A stretch of DNA of 62,978 nucleotides, the filler included, from Rhabdomonas costata (taxonomy: Eukaryota): NCBI GenBank assembly GCA_019059605.1. It is 45 parts of 45 records of this genome, joined end to end, with 100 filler letters (N's around TTAATTAATTAA, not from the genome) between each part and the next. Parts side by side here need not be neighbours in the genome. Positions count along the whole stretch, not along the records: positions 36,449 to 37,750 come from JAHMHO010020074.1; positions 37,851 to 39,151 come from JAHMHO010020075.1; positions 39,252 to 40,553 come from JAHMHO010020076.1; positions 40,654 to 41,964 come from JAHMHO010020077.1; positions 42,065 to 43,364 come from JAHMHO010020078.1; positions 43,465 to 44,766 come from JAHMHO010020079.1; positions 44,867 to 46,165 come from JAHMHO010020080.1; positions 46,266 to 47,567 come from JAHMHO010020081.1; 37 more parts are not named here. One strand, given 5' to 3'. This document shows positions 37,371-50,512 of the stretch, piece by piece (position 1 is the first letter of the stretch; every line of letters starts with the position of its first letter). The notes under the pieces were generated by a model, which worked only from the letters and a program-made list of their open reading frames with translations, had not been told where the DNA came from and ran no database searches. The translations under genes were made by a program, and so were the position numbers.

Positions 37371-38570
37371 TACGTGCACACAAAACCAAACGTACCCCTC
37401 CAGCGAGATGCCACCCACACAACGTTCTATGAATCGCACTTGCACTGGCTCGATCGGGGCCTCCCCCAGGCTCCATCTTAGGCGTTTTACTTGGGATCTC
37501 AAACCATGACCAGCGAGGTCTGTGCTCTGAACGCTGTGTGTGTCTGAGCAGAGTGGGGCGACTGTGAGTCAGGTACGCAGCTCCGTTGGAGCAAGTGCAG
37601 ATCGGGACACATATCATAGCGTTTACATCCCTAACACCCCTTGAGAACCACACTGACACAAGGGCATACACAAGCACGCATACAACACAGAAAAATCGCG
37701 ATGTGGACAATGGCCACTGATCTGCACAGAGAAGCAGTGTCTCCAACTAANNNNNNNNNNNNNNNNNNNNNNNNNNNNNNNNNNNNNNNNNNNNTTAATT
37801 AATTAANNNNNNNNNNNNNNNNNNNNNNNNNNNNNNNNNNNNNNNNNNNNGTTGGGTGTGTGGTGCCCTTCTGGGCCCTTTTTCTGGCTGACAGCCCACG
37901 ATTGTCCATCCTGCGTTGACACACTCACAGATGCCAGGATGGAAGGGTGGGTCAGTGCGCGTTGTCTGTGTCGTATTTTGCTCTGATTAGAAGATGGGAA
38001 ACCTTGTTACTGCTGCAGGCAGTGCAGTTGCTTTGGAGAGAGACGAGCAGAAACCAACAGAGCGAGATGCTCTTGGAGAGGCCTGCGGTGTTGTGCGAGG
38101 GTCTTCTCCGTCCTTCAGGTTACAGGGCGGCTCTCACAGCCCGCACCCGTGCCGTCCTCGCCTCAGCTGGAGATCATTCTGGGCCCATGTCCCGCCGCAC
38201 CGCTGAACCCCGAGGGGGTGTGCCTCCAACGCTACACTCGTACCCACACGTCGACGATCTGTAAATTAGATTAGATGAGATGAGATAAGATAAGATGAAG
38301 TGAGATGAGATGCGCTGGAAAAGGGCTCTTTGGGCGCCCTTTCGAGTTCTTCGAAGGCTGAGCTATTAGTGGTTTTAAGTCATTGGGTGCTGAAGCGACG
38401 GGTGCAAACGGCCGCATGGGAACGCATTTGTTACTGCATACGAAGGCCCGCTGAATGAAAGATTGCAATTTTCTGGGTTGGTTGGGTATTCCTCGCAATG
38501 GGTATATGGGTTGGGCGCAACTTTTGCTTTTCTTTTTATTGTTATGGGTTTCGCGTTGTCGTTTCCGCAG

Positions 38571-38774
38571 GAAGAGCCCCAGCAAGCGGTATCCGCTTGC
38601 TTAGCCACCGTCACCGCCACCGCCGTCGCCCGCACCAGGTCACCCCTGTTGGAAATCGGAGGGGCTCAGCCCTCCCCTCGAATGTGCACCGTGGCGTGCT
38701 TCGACCTCGAGGGGTTCGAAGCGCTCGCCGTGGACACGGACCCGGAGAGGGTGTGCGGCGATCTGGGTGGCACG
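38571..38774 (+). CDS. Divergent class III nucleotide cyclase exon
   Basis: 204-nt AG/GT-bounded exon. CTVACFDLEGFEAL..DPERV..L parallels VTVLFxDIxGFT..PEEV..L. Confidence 0.55.
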
Positions 38775-39713
38775 GTGAGGTCACTAATGGGAGTTTGGAA
38801 TTATTTTCAGATTCTAGGTGTTATAGTCAAGACAGTGGATATTTGCGGTGAGAGTTTTCTTCCTTTTGAGGATTCCATTTCCCCTTCATTCTCATTTCAC
38901 TGATCCACAATTCCTACGGCCCGACATCACCCCCCCCCCCCCCAAGAATGCATTGGAGGCTGGTATTTTTGAGGGTGGGAGGGTAGGGTGGCAATTTCGA
39001 TCATGGATGCATCTGAGGGGTGGTTGTATCGACATCTCCTGCATCATGTACTCAGCTTGACATCGCCCCTCTGTCATCAGCTGGTTGGGTGCAGGAGGCG
39101 TCGATACAACCACCCCCCAGATGCATCCATGATCGAAATTGCCACCCCACCNNNNNNNNNNNNNNNNNNNNNNNNNNNNNNNNNNNNNNNNNNNNTTAAT
39201 TAATTAANNNNNNNNNNNNNNNNNNNNNNNNNNNNNNNNNNNNNNNNNNNNGTTTTTGTGTGCCTCTTCCGCTAAGAGTTTTTACATTCTGGCGCACGCC
39301 GACATTTTGGCGTGGCTGCTCTTCCCCAAGATGCAAGCCAACTCTGCCCAGTTTCCTGTGACTTTACTCGTTTTTGGTGCGACTGCCCGCTGCACTTCTC
39401 TACGCCATCCCGGTCGTGTGTTCACAGAGCGCCGAGGCTCCGCTCCTCAGCCCCGAGTTCACCGCCAGATGGATGACGATGCCGACTCGTGTGTTCCCGC
39501 TGCCTTGTGCATCTTTCTCTCCTCTGTTAGCTATTCAAGGAGTGCTCTCTTCAAGTGTGGTGCGTCACCAGCAGAGTATGTCTCCGAAGGCTTCGGAACC
39601 CTTTGGGTGGCTTCCAAACATTGACGACTTCCCCAAGGAAGGATCCTAGTATTTTTCACTCGCCCGTGCCGGGAAGTTTCCTCACGTGCACTTGTGTGTG
39701 TGTGCGTGTTCAG

Positions 39714-40469
39714 GCAGCAAGTTCTGGAAGTGGTGAACACCCTCACTGAAGAGTGTAAGACGGTTGCGCCAGACCGTTCTGGCGTGGCGGAGTTCGTGGC
39801 AGCCGCCGAGCAGCTCAACGTGGCGGAAGTGTGCATGGCCCTGGAGGAGAAGCTGGACGAGAAGCAGCGGTGGCAAGTCAAGCTGGTACTCCCTGCCCTG
39901 GGTGCTTGAGGTTTTGTCGTGCCGCTGAATAGTGACAGCGTTCTAGGAAAGGTTGCCACCTTCAGAGGATATTTTCGCTGCGTCAACTGTCCATCGTTCG
40001 AGTCCCCGGAAGCGGCGTGTGGGGTGGGGTGGGGTGGGGTGTGAATTGCACTGCCGCTGGCGTGAAGAAGTGAAGTGTTACGTGACGGGACATGTGATGT
40101 TGAGAGGGGTAGTGGAGGAGGATAGAATTGACGTGACGTGCATATATATGCGTATTTAGATTTCTTTTCACACTTGACCTCCCTCCCCCCCCCAAAAAAA
40201 AACAAAAGCTGAAACAGCCCCCGGAAGGAACAAAAGTACCGCAGCATGTTCATGACTGAAGCCTGGGTGGAAGAAGGTGTTTACCAGGGATGAATGGGGG
40301 GGGGGTGCATTTTTTGCAGCGCGCGATGTGCGGGATTGAGCAGCTGCTGTGCAACTCCGAGGCCACCCGAGACGAGGCGGTACGGTACTTCACGAAGAAC
40401 TCCGAGCACATCCTGCGGCACATCTATCAGACCGCGGTGCAGGACACCCTGAAGAGCCGCACACGCAAG
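39714..40469 (+). CDS. Tepsin/MTV1-like tVHS (ENTH/VHS-like) domain (2 exons)
   Basis: Exons 39714-39885 and 40320-40469: P.R..V.EFV..L..LEEKL..WQVKL|RAM..IE.L..V.YF..Q.TLK.R.RK. Confidence 0.55.
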
Positions 40470-41216
40470 GTCTACCACATCCACAACCTTGGTGCCCATC
40501 CGAAACACAGCAGCAATTGCACAATCCCCTGCCAAACCCCAAAAAAAGAGTGCNNNNNNNNNNNNNNNNNNNNNNNNNNNNNNNNNNNNNNNNNNNNTTA
40601 ATTAATTAANNNNNNNNNNNNNNNNNNNNNNNNNNNNNNNNNNNNNNNNNNNNCCCTTATCGACATAACCTCTCTCTCTCTCTTGGGTGAGGGTGAGTGG
40701 CGAGTGGTGGCGCAGGAGGTGGAGTGACACACTCTCAAATGATGACACACTCTCAATTACGGGGAAGACAGGATCCCCTTTCGGCTCGCAGAGGCTGTGT
40801 TGTGGGCAGCACGGGCTGCATGCAGCCTGCCCGGGCGTCCCCGGGGGAGCTGGAGGAAGCGCGCAGCTAGGAGGACGCGCCCGTTGTCAGAGGTGTTTCT
40901 TTGGGTCCCCCCCTCCGATGGGCACTGGTCAGCTCGGGGACGTTTCCCGCCTGTATGCTGGGGAGAGAACACTGTTGCCCCACTTCCTCGTTGTTGGCAG
41001 CCGAGCATTCGCCTCATCCTACAGCTCGACCGCAACTTCCCCCCAGAGACTTCCGCTGTCGCACGGAGGCATGGCTCCACGAGCGCCTTGGGCCGGGGCA
41101 CGGGTCCTTTAGCAGTGGGCGGACGAGGCGTGTGAACCGCCACTGTTTGATGCGAGGGCTGGCTCATTCTCTCTCTCTCTCTCTCTCATTCTATTTCTCT
41201 AACATGCGGAGCATAC

Positions 41217-41465
41217 CGATGGCCCTCTCGACGTCGTCCAGGATGTTCTGGGTGGGCCCGCGCACCACGATGGTGGAGATTCGGCAGGTCTCCTTCTCCT
41301 GCCGGAACACCAGCACTTTCTTCCCGCCGATCTCCTCCACTTTCACGCTGTCGCACCGCCCCATGTCCTCCGCCGTGGGGACGTCCTATTTCCGGGGGGA
41401 GGGGTTTGAATCTTATATTCGCACAGCCGTTCCGTTCCAGCCATTTGACCCCCGCCGACCTCCCG

Positions 41466-41507
<42 letters not shown>

Positions 41508-41964
41508 GTGTGTGTGTGTGTGTACGCGCCAGGGCGCCATGTGTATACCGCCTGAACATCTGAACATGTGCATCGCCCCTTTACCCTCACGAGTGAAACC
41601 AAACAAGAGTTCAACAGTTCTTGTGCACACCCAAAGTCCCAGAGTCCCAGTTTCCTTCCCCCCTGCCGCCTGCCTTGAATGAATGTCCACAAACAGTCCT
41701 GTGTGCAAGGAGGTGCGTCGAGGAAAGAAAGTGGGACCACAGCGCGGTAGAAGGCAGCATGCGGCAATAATTCTGAGGGAAAGCAAGGGGAGGAGCAGGA
41801 GAAGGAGCAGGAGCAGAAGGGAGAAGGGACCAGGGTCATGATCTGGGAGGCATTGACGGCCTGGGTGAGCCGGCGGAGCTCGAACTTGCTCTGCACCTTC
41901 ACCGCCATGATCCCGAAGCTCTCCAGGAAGTGCATGGCCAGGTCCCCAAAGCGCGGGCGGGAGA
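41217..41964 (-). CDS. CCT8: T-complex protein 1 subunit theta, partial
   Basis: Exons >41964-41831 and 41385-41217: LAMHFL..SKFELRRL and GRCDSVKVEEIG..STIVVRGPTQNILDDVERAI. Confidence 0.95.
41468..41523. repeat. (GT)n microsatellite in CCT8 intron
   Basis: About 28 GT units with one GC interruption. Similar tracts occur at ~9264, ~24101 and ~50474. Confidence 0.95.
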
Positions 41965-42899
41965 NNNNNNNNNNNNNNNNNNNNNNNNNNNNNNNNNNNN
42001 NNNNNNNNTTAATTAATTAANNNNNNNNNNNNNNNNNNNNNNNNNNNNNNNNNNNNNNNNNNNNTGTTTTTTGGACAGAACTCCAGCCGGTCGTAGTCTT
42101 GGTGCGCGCACAAAAAGCAACACGCAGACGGAGCATAGAAAGGGCAAAATTGAATGGGCGTTTTGAATTGTATTCTGTTCCTTTCAACACTACGCTCATA
42201 TTAAGTTCGGTTTTACCCGTTTGTTTTTTTCTTCTTGGGTAGATGCGGAAACTTTTGCTGCCTGCTATTTGGCGTCTCAGAGGACCCGTGAACTGGAGAT
42301 TTTTTTGCCCTGCGGATTCGAATGGTGAGAAACCAGATTGCTGGCTGAAGGTACGTACAAGGAACCATATGCAGAGCGCAAAATGCATGGAGCAAACCGC
42401 AACCGGTGCAACCTAGTCCAAAATCAAGAAAACAAATGCGGAGGAGGGGGGTACATGGAAGTCTGAAAGTTTTGTTTGGGGTATGGGCATGATGGGGACC
42501 CCCTCCTTATCAAGTGCATTTTGGGGACCCCCCCTTGGGCACACCTGCATCGCCACCTAACCCCCTGCGAAATCTGCTATCCTGTCGCAGGAGACAAGTG
42601 CATCGCTCCCTAACCCCCAGCGAGGTATTCTGCCTGGCCTAATAGATGAACCAGACGTGCATCCTGTAGAGTCCGTAAAATGCAGCGCAAATGGGAGGGG
42701 GGTCCGAAACTACACTTGATAGCGAGGATCCTCATAATGCCCTAACGCCATTTGTTTACGAAGCACTATGACAGTAATTTTCACAGAAAATGGCGTTTGG
42801 GACCACCAAGAAAGCCTAAGAATGTGAGAAAACATGCGAGGGGGGGGGGGCAAGTTTCAGCCACATGGGCAAGAGGCGGGTGGATGAATTTGCGCACAC

Positions 42900-43175
42900 C
42901 TAGGCCGCATTCCCCAACAGCCACAACCTTGTCCCCAGACTGCTGGATAGCCTCTGCAGAAAATACGATAAAAAACCTCAACAGTGCTCAGATCTCCACG
43001 TCACTCTCTTCCTTCTCTTCCTTCATTGCGCTGGCACAGCGGCGTGTGGGAAACCCCACTAGACACCGATTGAACGCACCAAGAATGGCGGCAAGGTGGG
43101 CCTCCGGGTCCGTGCCATTTTCCTCGAACTCCGAGCACCGAGTGGGATGAACCCCAGCGGTGCAGTATAGAAAGG
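42900..43175 (-). CDS. TatD-family DNase (TATDN1-like), 2 exons
   Basis: Exons 43175-43080 and 42953-42900: LYCTAGVHPTRCSEF and KVVAVGECGL(D). Confidence 0.93.
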
Positions 43176-43850
43176 CTGTATAGGAAAATCGTGAAACCGT
43201 GGAAAACGCGGTGTGGGTCCCCAACACACGTTAACCCAACCCTGAACCCATGAACCCTGACACAGACCCTCCACGCAAAACACCCTGACCCTGAAATCCA
43301 CACACGTAACCCCTAAAAACACACTCTGAGACAGAAGCACAATACAAGCACTGGTAACACAAACNNNNNNNNNNNNNNNNNNNNNNNNNNNNNNNNNNNN
43401 NNNNNNNNTTAATTAATTAANNNNNNNNNNNNNNNNNNNNNNNNNNNNNNNNNNNNNNNNNNNNGGGTTGTTTTGAGGCCCCTTTTCAAGGCTTTTATGC
43501 CCCCAAAAATCCGTCCCCAGGGCCTCAAAAAAATCCTCAAATCCGCATAAAAACGCGTTTTTCCGAACCCCCGACCTCAGAAACGTCATGTTGGGTCGAA
43601 TTCCGGAGGGTCGATTTTTTCACTCTGAAAGCCCCATTTTCGACCCCTGGCGCAGGACCCCGTGAAAATGAGGGAACTTCGGCCGCTTGGGTAAAGTGGT
43701 GTTTCGGTTGGTCGCAATAGCGGCGAACCGCGGGAGGGGTCCCCCTTCCTCGAAGTAGGTGCCGGTTTTGAATCTGTGTGCATGTGCCCACCCATTTCTG
43801 ATCTGATGGTCCGGAGGCCGCGCTGAAAATTCACATGGATGGTGGAGGAC

Positions 43851-44060
43851 CTGCTTGATCACGTCCGCCCCGGCGTTGGAGAACTTCACCCACGACTCCG
43901 GGGAGGAGGGCAGGGGGTCCATCACGATCCGATCCTTCACCCCAACCTCCGCAACGGTGGTGAGGGACATCAGGGTGCGGGGGACTCCGTTGTAAATCAC
44001 ATTCTGCAGCAGCACCTCCGTGCCTGCGGCGTGCTTCGACGCCTCCAGTTGGCTCCACTC
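43851..44060 (-). CDS. Coding exon, unknown protein
   Basis: 210-nt phase-0 AG/GT-bounded exon with GC3 bias (EWSQLEASK...GADVIKQ). Confidence 0.6.
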
Positions 44061-45019
44061 CTGCAGATCCACAGGAAACTCTAATTGTCAAGGCCCATTG
44101 TCACGAACCAGGCAGAGGGCAACACACACACTTTGTGCACTTGGCCGGGACGACTTTTTTCTGGGGAAGACTCGCGTTTCTCTTCCCTCCCGGGCTCCCC
44201 ACCCTCGATGGGGGCATGGGCCCATCGGGCCTCACCTCCTCGCTTCGCTGCGTCACGTTACTCTCTTCTGCCTCACAGGGTTCTTGTCCCTCTCGGGAAG
44301 TATGAAGGTGGGTGTACGCGGGGCCTTGGGAACCCCGAATGGCACGTTTAGAGTAATCTTCACGGGCGCCCAACCCTCCGCGCTCGTACACCCCGGTTGG
44401 CGTGCAGCTAGCCTGGGTCCTGCCTCAGTGTGCGATACTCACGGATGCCATTGCCTGCACTCCTTCTGTCTGTGTGCTTCTCTTCTCTCACCCACGCTCC
44501 TTCCCACCTGGGTGGTCTGGTCGCTGTGGTCACTCCCCTCCCTGGTCTCCACTGCCCATTCTGGGTCGTCGCTTCCCTTCCCATCCTTCTCAGGTCCTGC
44601 TCACCTCTTTGGTGTCGCTTGGTTTTCACGGCATCTGACCCACCTCTGCTTCACTTGCTGCCACCCATTTCTGCTGCACTCCTCTCTTTGCCGCTGCAAC
44701 TTTTCCGCTCCCAATGCTGTCGCCGCCACCGCTGTTCTCCTTTCTCTCTCTTGCTCCCATGTCCGTNNNNNNNNNNNNNNNNNNNNNNNNNNNNNNNNNN
44801 NNNNNNNNNNTTAATTAATTAANNNNNNNNNNNNNNNNNNNNNNNNNNNNNNNNNNNNNNNNNNNNGGGGGGTGGGTATTTTGGTAGCCCAGGTCAAAGG
44901 GGCTCAAAGTAGAACTGATCACTTCTTTTCTGGCTCATATGCGCACTCCTGTGTCATTTCTTCTTCTTAGGTTTGAGCTTAATTGGGGTGGAAAGCTACT
45001 ACCTTGCTTCGTGTGGCAG

Positions 45020-45846
45020 TGCCGTTGGAACAACAAAAACGTACCGTGTTTTGAGGGAAGGTGCGGAAATGGACATCAGTCTAGTGATGGAAGAGGAGCC
45101 CACCGCCAGCTCCAGCTCCAGGCCTCCGATGGTGGTGCAGGTCACTTCGCTTTTGAAGGACGCCGTAATTGCGGAGCTGTCTCCGGTCGCTAGGGTGAAG
45201 CTCGGTGAGTCTGTCTTTGGGAAGGGACGGGTGGTGTTTCTGAACCCCGTGAGTTTCCGTTGTTCCGGCTTTATGCGGTCACGTTCTCAAGTTTCCTCGG
45301 AAAAAAGTGACCACAATCTGTCAGCCGTCTGTCGTGTTATTTTGCGTTGAGCACCTCTTTGCATATAGAACGTCTAACTCTCTGCGACATCCGTGGCAAG
45401 GTCGTTTTCAGTGTATCAATCCAGACTATGATAATAATCAAGATTAAAAGCTTACATGATTCCTCTTTTTAATCGAGATGTGTTGTATGTTTATTTACCA
45501 TGTCGAATGAGATGGTGTGGGAGTTTCGCGGATTGGAATATTGTCGGAACTGTCCCGGTTTTCTTTTAATGTCCCAGCTCTGATGGTGCACAGCGCATGC
45601 ATATGGCTTACAGGGCTGGACCCTGACATCAATGGCCTCGTGATTGACTCGGTGCGCCCGAAGTCTGCGGCCAGTAAGTTTGGCATACAACCCGGGGACG
45701 TGCTTTTGTCAGTCAACGACACGCCGGTGCAGACCAAATCCGAACTGGACGCTCTGCTTTTCGGGTGCAAGGGGCCGGGTCGCAGCAACACGTTTCGCTT
45801 TATTCGTAGGGGTGTTGAGGGTACGATGACAGTCCATCAGCAGTAG
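45020..45846 (+). CDS. HtrA/DegP/DegQ-type protease C-terminus (end of PDZ1 and PDZ2)
   Basis: Exons 45020-45204 and 45614-45846: AVIAELSP..KL|GLD..GLVIDSVRPKSAASKFGIQPGDVLLSVND, followed by a stop. Confidence 0.8.
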
Positions 45847-46844
45847 TAGCTGTCGCTTTGCCACTGTTTCAATGCGTTCAATGGACGCCTCTGACCGGAC
45901 CCCCGCTCCGCCTGCGCAACCCTCGCCGCTGTTCACGGCTGTGGACCCTGTCCACCCTCGTACAATTGTGTGCGCGCGTGTTCGTGGGGCATTGAACAAT
46001 TGCTCGTCGTCAAAGTAACCTAATAAAGCTGAAAATTGTGCGGTAAACGTACAAGTTCCCCATAGCCACCACCCACAACCTCATGGCACAGCACCTCTAT
46101 GCATCTCTTAAGGTTATTAGGTGCTTTACTCCGAATCACTCGGTACCTGCTCACAGCTGACAACCNNNNNNNNNNNNNNNNNNNNNNNNNNNNNNNNNNN
46201 NNNNNNNNNTTAATTAATTAANNNNNNNNNNNNNNNNNNNNNNNNNNNNNNNNNNNNNNNNNNNNGGTGTGGGACAGAGTGAATGAGGTGCGCCAGCTTC
46301 CAATGCTCCAAGCGACTTTGGAACTGTGGAAGCTGGCGCACCTCATTCACTCTGTCCCGCCACCACTATCCTCAGCAACTCCTGTGTAAGATTGTAATTG
46401 TTCACGCGGCTTCTGCTCCATGCTTTTAAAAAAGGATACAATTTGGGTTAGAAAAGGCCTGCGATCGGCTTTGGAGGTGGTGTTTTTCCTGAAGTCAAAT
46501 CAAAACACACCTCTGTAGTTGGGCTGACATCTACTCAGTGGAGTGGTGGAATGAGATTAACTCGACCCCTCTGAAATCAAACGTCCACTTAACTCTGTGG
46601 ACTCGGTCGCCTGCTTCCAAACTCTGAAACTTGCCGGCACTCTGTAGATGGTTATTCCACACAGGCCCTTCTTGCCTCTAGATCTTGCTCGCGTTGGACT
46701 GTATCACGACATTGCTTGCATCAAATGGGCGCTGCCTCGAATTACCTAGGTGAATAGCACCTAGACCCTGACTTCCATTCTTCCATTCACGGTGGTCGCT
46801 GTGGAGCTGCTTTACTCGAGCGTCGCCTTTCTGCAATGGAGGGG

Positions 46845-47567
46845 GGGGGCGCCGACCACTTGCCTTCGCCAAGCAGCTGTGGCACGTGCGGCTGTGGGAG
46901 GCAGCGCTGGACACAAGTGGTGTCGAATTGTTGGGCCTTTGGGATCACACCTTCTGGGTTTTTGGATGGGTTTTGCTGGGCGGGTATCGCCGTTTATGCC
47001 TTTCCCATACCACCACCACAAAGAGAAGTATATGGAAGGGGCTCAAGACTTCCCACACCCTGTCATGTGTAACTCTGCGGCGTTCACACCACCACACGCT
47101 CTGCAAACCCACCGCCCTCTGTACCCTCTGCCGGGCCTCCTGGTCTCCGCTCGGCTCTGGCCTGCGGCTCTGCTGTGGTTCTTTTAGGGCACCTACATAA
47201 CAACAACAGGAAAAAATAACGAGAAAAACACTCTGGAAAACAAACAACCTGACCACGTTTTGGATTTCTTCAACACCTAACGTAACATTTGAAATCCTAG
47301 ACAAAAGAAGGGACCATCACCTTTCAAACTGCCCCTGTGTAGCACATCACACTGTCCGTTTTCTCCGCCTGCATCGGCTGAGGCCTAGTCTGTGAAGATT
47401 CTCTGAGATCTCGACCTCATCGTCTCTTTCACCTGTGAAAACTCTGGAAAACACTGTGGATGCATCCTTCTTCCTCTAAAAAACTCCGAAAACACACTAC
47501 CTGAATCACTGCAGTCGGGTCGTGTGCACGCATTCACATTCCATGCGGCCTCCATCCAGTGGCATGG
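46845..47567 (+). repeat. Dispersed repeat family, copy A
   Basis: Reverse complement aligns along its length with ~57975-58755. Confidence 0.9.
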
Positions 47568-47853
47568 NNNNNNNNNNNNNNNNNNNNNNNNNNNNNNNNN
47601 NNNNNNNNNNNTTAATTAATTAANNNNNNNNNNNNNNNNNNNNNNNNNNNNNNNNNNNNNNNNNNNNGGGTGGTGGTATGCGAACGGTGGCCCACACCCA
47701 AGTATCCGCGCCAGATAAGAATATGTCATTGAACATCTGTAATGTTGATCTTTTGGTATCGCGATTCAATTACACGCCGAAAATATTGGTTCCAGAGGCT
47801 TTTCAGACTTTACCCGGATGGTGAGATTGGGGAGGGGAGGAGTGACGGGGAGG

Positions 47854-48561
47854 ATGGCAAGCTGTGGCGTCCTTGCCCAGCGTCCGCATCCTTGGTCTTT
47901 GGGGAGCACGGGGCGGTACACCCACCCCTCGCTGCTCCTGGGTACGTCTTTGTAGGTGGTGGCGCTTGTATTTCATTTTGATATTTAATCAGCCAAACAG
48001 CAGCAGGTGGGATGGCGGGGGCGCGTGTCGGAGCTTCTCGCTGTACTTTCTTTTCCCTTCCCACCAGGAACCTATGGCCGCGTTCATGCCGTCACTGACT
48101 GCCGAGACGGAAAGAGCTTTGCCCTAAAGCTAACGGGACCTCTGTTTGAGGTTATTTTCCCTCCACCACAGCCTCCTCCTTCGCCTGTACAGATGCGATC
48201 ACCCCTTCCCCAATTACATCCTTGGCTTGGCTGTGGGTGGTGGAGATTCACCGATTCATCTGGGAAGCAGCTGGCAGAATGCAGCTCACGAATTCTAGCA
48301 ATAGGATTCGTCGGACATTTGAACCAATCTGGATCACCTTGTGGTGATGTTGTGTGGTTCTCCAGTCCCTCTCTCCCCGTTTCTCCCTCTCCCTCAGAAA
48401 GATCGCTTCCGAGGTCGTGTGACCCGCCGAATATTCCGGGAGCTCTGGCTGGCCAGCCACCTGGCCCACCCCAACGTGGTGCGTGCTGTGGACGCCTACT
48501 ACGACGCCGCCGTGTGCGAGCTCGCTGTGGTGTACCCCTTGAGGGACTGCAGCTTGGACAA
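47854..48561 (+). CDS. MAPK/CMGC-like protein kinase, N-lobe
   Basis: Exons 48068-48150 (GTYGRVHAV..FALK..LFE) and 48398-48561 (RRIFRELWL..LAHPNVV). The first exon from ATG 47854 is tentative. Confidence 0.82.
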
Positions 48562-49364
48562 GTAACCGTGCGGGGCATCTTTTTGGGGTGCAAACCCACA
48601 TCGGGGGGGGGGGGGTACCTCACTGTCCTCGCCCGTCAAGCGCACTGCATCCGGCCCATTGCACCTCGGCGCACCAGCCTCTCCCACGCACGTACACCTC
48701 ACCGCAATCTTCAACCACAACCGGAAGTATCGTGATCGTGACTTCTTGGGGTTGAACGTTTCACTTTTTCCTTCGTACCTGTTAGATGTGAAGTTGAGGG
48801 GGGGGGTGAACGTTTAAGACCCTTAAATGGTCTGAACCTCCCTTAACTTAACACACTTGTCGTATATGAGGGGTTCAAGGGGGGCACTGGCACAGCGTAC
48901 CTTACCCCCCGAAATCGAAATATATAACTTAACCAAAACTTAATTGGATAAGGTGTTAGAAAAGTCAANNNNNNNNNNNNNNNNNNNNNNNNNNNNNNNN
49001 NNNNNNNNNNNNTTAATTAATTAANNNNNNNNNNNNNNNNNNNNNNNNNNNNNNNNNNNNNNNNNNNNAGCACACGACCCGACCGCATTAGAAATCCACA
49101 GGGTGTGTTCCAGGGTTCCGGAGGAAGAAAGTTGCATTCTCACCTTTCTTCCGAGTTTTCACAGGTCAGGCAGATTTCAGAGTTCGTCCTGACTACCCTG
49201 GTGCCCCTGAACGCTAAGAACTACGAGAATTACAGAGCGGGGTCCTTGATTAGGTTTTTGTAACTTGCGTGAGTTCATTAATGCGAAATTAACCATAACA
49301 GGTGGTTTTTTATTTCAATTTGTGTTGCGATTCGCCTTTAATCGTGTTTTTACAGAGGAGGTGC

Positions 49365-49740
49365 AGCAGAACCACAGAGAAACCGCAGGCGAGAGCCGCG
49401 GAGACCCGAGGTACCAGCAGAGGGAGAGGGGTGAAAAAGGGTGTGGCGTTAGTGCGGTGAACACAGGACAGGGTGTGTGTGTGCGGTCGCGTGCCCCTTC
49501 CACAGCCTTTCTTTGGGTGGGAGATTGGGGAAAGGCATAAGAGGCGAGACCCTCCCAGCGAAACCCCTCCACAGCTCAGAAGGTGTGGGCACCAAGGCCC
49601 GGCCAAGAGACCCCCCATGTGCCTAAAGCAGCCTTCACGAGCCACAAGTGAACCCCCCCTGATATGCAGAGTTGTGCTCCCAGAGGTTGCCAGATTTACG
49701 CCGAAGCGGCTTGGTAAATCGAAAAGTTGTTGGCACCCCC
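49365..49740 (-). repeat. Dispersed repeat family, copy C (more diverged)
   Basis: Shares agaaccacag..ccgcagg and gaaaggcataag.ggcgagacc..cccagcg..cagaaggtgt with 58360-58750. Confidence 0.8.
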
Positions 49741-50512
49741 GCCACCGTTTCGGAAAGGCGACGCCAGCAGAGAGCACCATAGCGACCCCCGGACGAACGG
49801 AAGAGACCTCCGCCAAGTTCTAGGTGCCAAGACACCTAGGTAAGCCGAGGCAGCGCCCACCTTGTGCAAGCAAGGTCGGGATACAGTCCAGCTCGAGTGG
49901 GATCCAGAGGCACGACCACCCAAAGATGTAGGAGCCACGTAAGGGTTCCCGCAGCATAGTTGGAGCGTGACACTTGGTAGCAGAGGAGTTGTTTTCGACA
50001 CGCTTTTAGAGCAATGTGCGAGGAAAGGTCTAGCAGGTTGACCTGGTGGCAGAGGGATAAGTTGAGAAATCCTATGCGGCACGAGGAGCGCAGCTCTGTG
50101 TTGGAGTACCACGTATCACTTTGTGACACCTTGTAGCAGAGTATCGTTGCAAGTCCAAGCCCCTGAAGAATGCAGCGTGCATCGTTGGCACGTGTTAGCA
50201 GAGTTTGCCTTGGACCTAATTGAGCGCATTGGGTGCAGAGTCCGAGGAGAAATCAAGCGAGGGGTGATCCACATTTACAAGTGGTTGCAGGGGTTCAGAG
50301 CGCAAAAAAACCCACACCAAGCGAGGAAGGCCGCGGAGACAAGAGAAGATAGGCAAGCAACCCACCCCCCNNNNNNNNNNNNNNNNNNNNNNNNNNNNNN
50401 NNNNNNNNNNNNNNTTAATTAATTAANNNNNNNNNNNNNNNNNNNNNNNNNNNNNNNNNNNNNNNNNNNNGGTTGTGTGTGTGTGTGTGTGTGTTTTGGG
50501 GGGTCCGCCTAG

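Noticed and set aside
44020..44766. 264-aa ORF, and many similar long ORFs in the track (e.g. 39531-40253, 40901-41563, 48007-48735)
   Set aside because: Low-complexity, antisense or intron read-through frames without family motifs; the real coding parts are the spliced exons.
48130..48397. Apparent non-canonical intron right after the kinase ALK motif
   Set aside because: Extending the exon to 48150 (LTGPLFE) gives an in-frame GT-AG intron.
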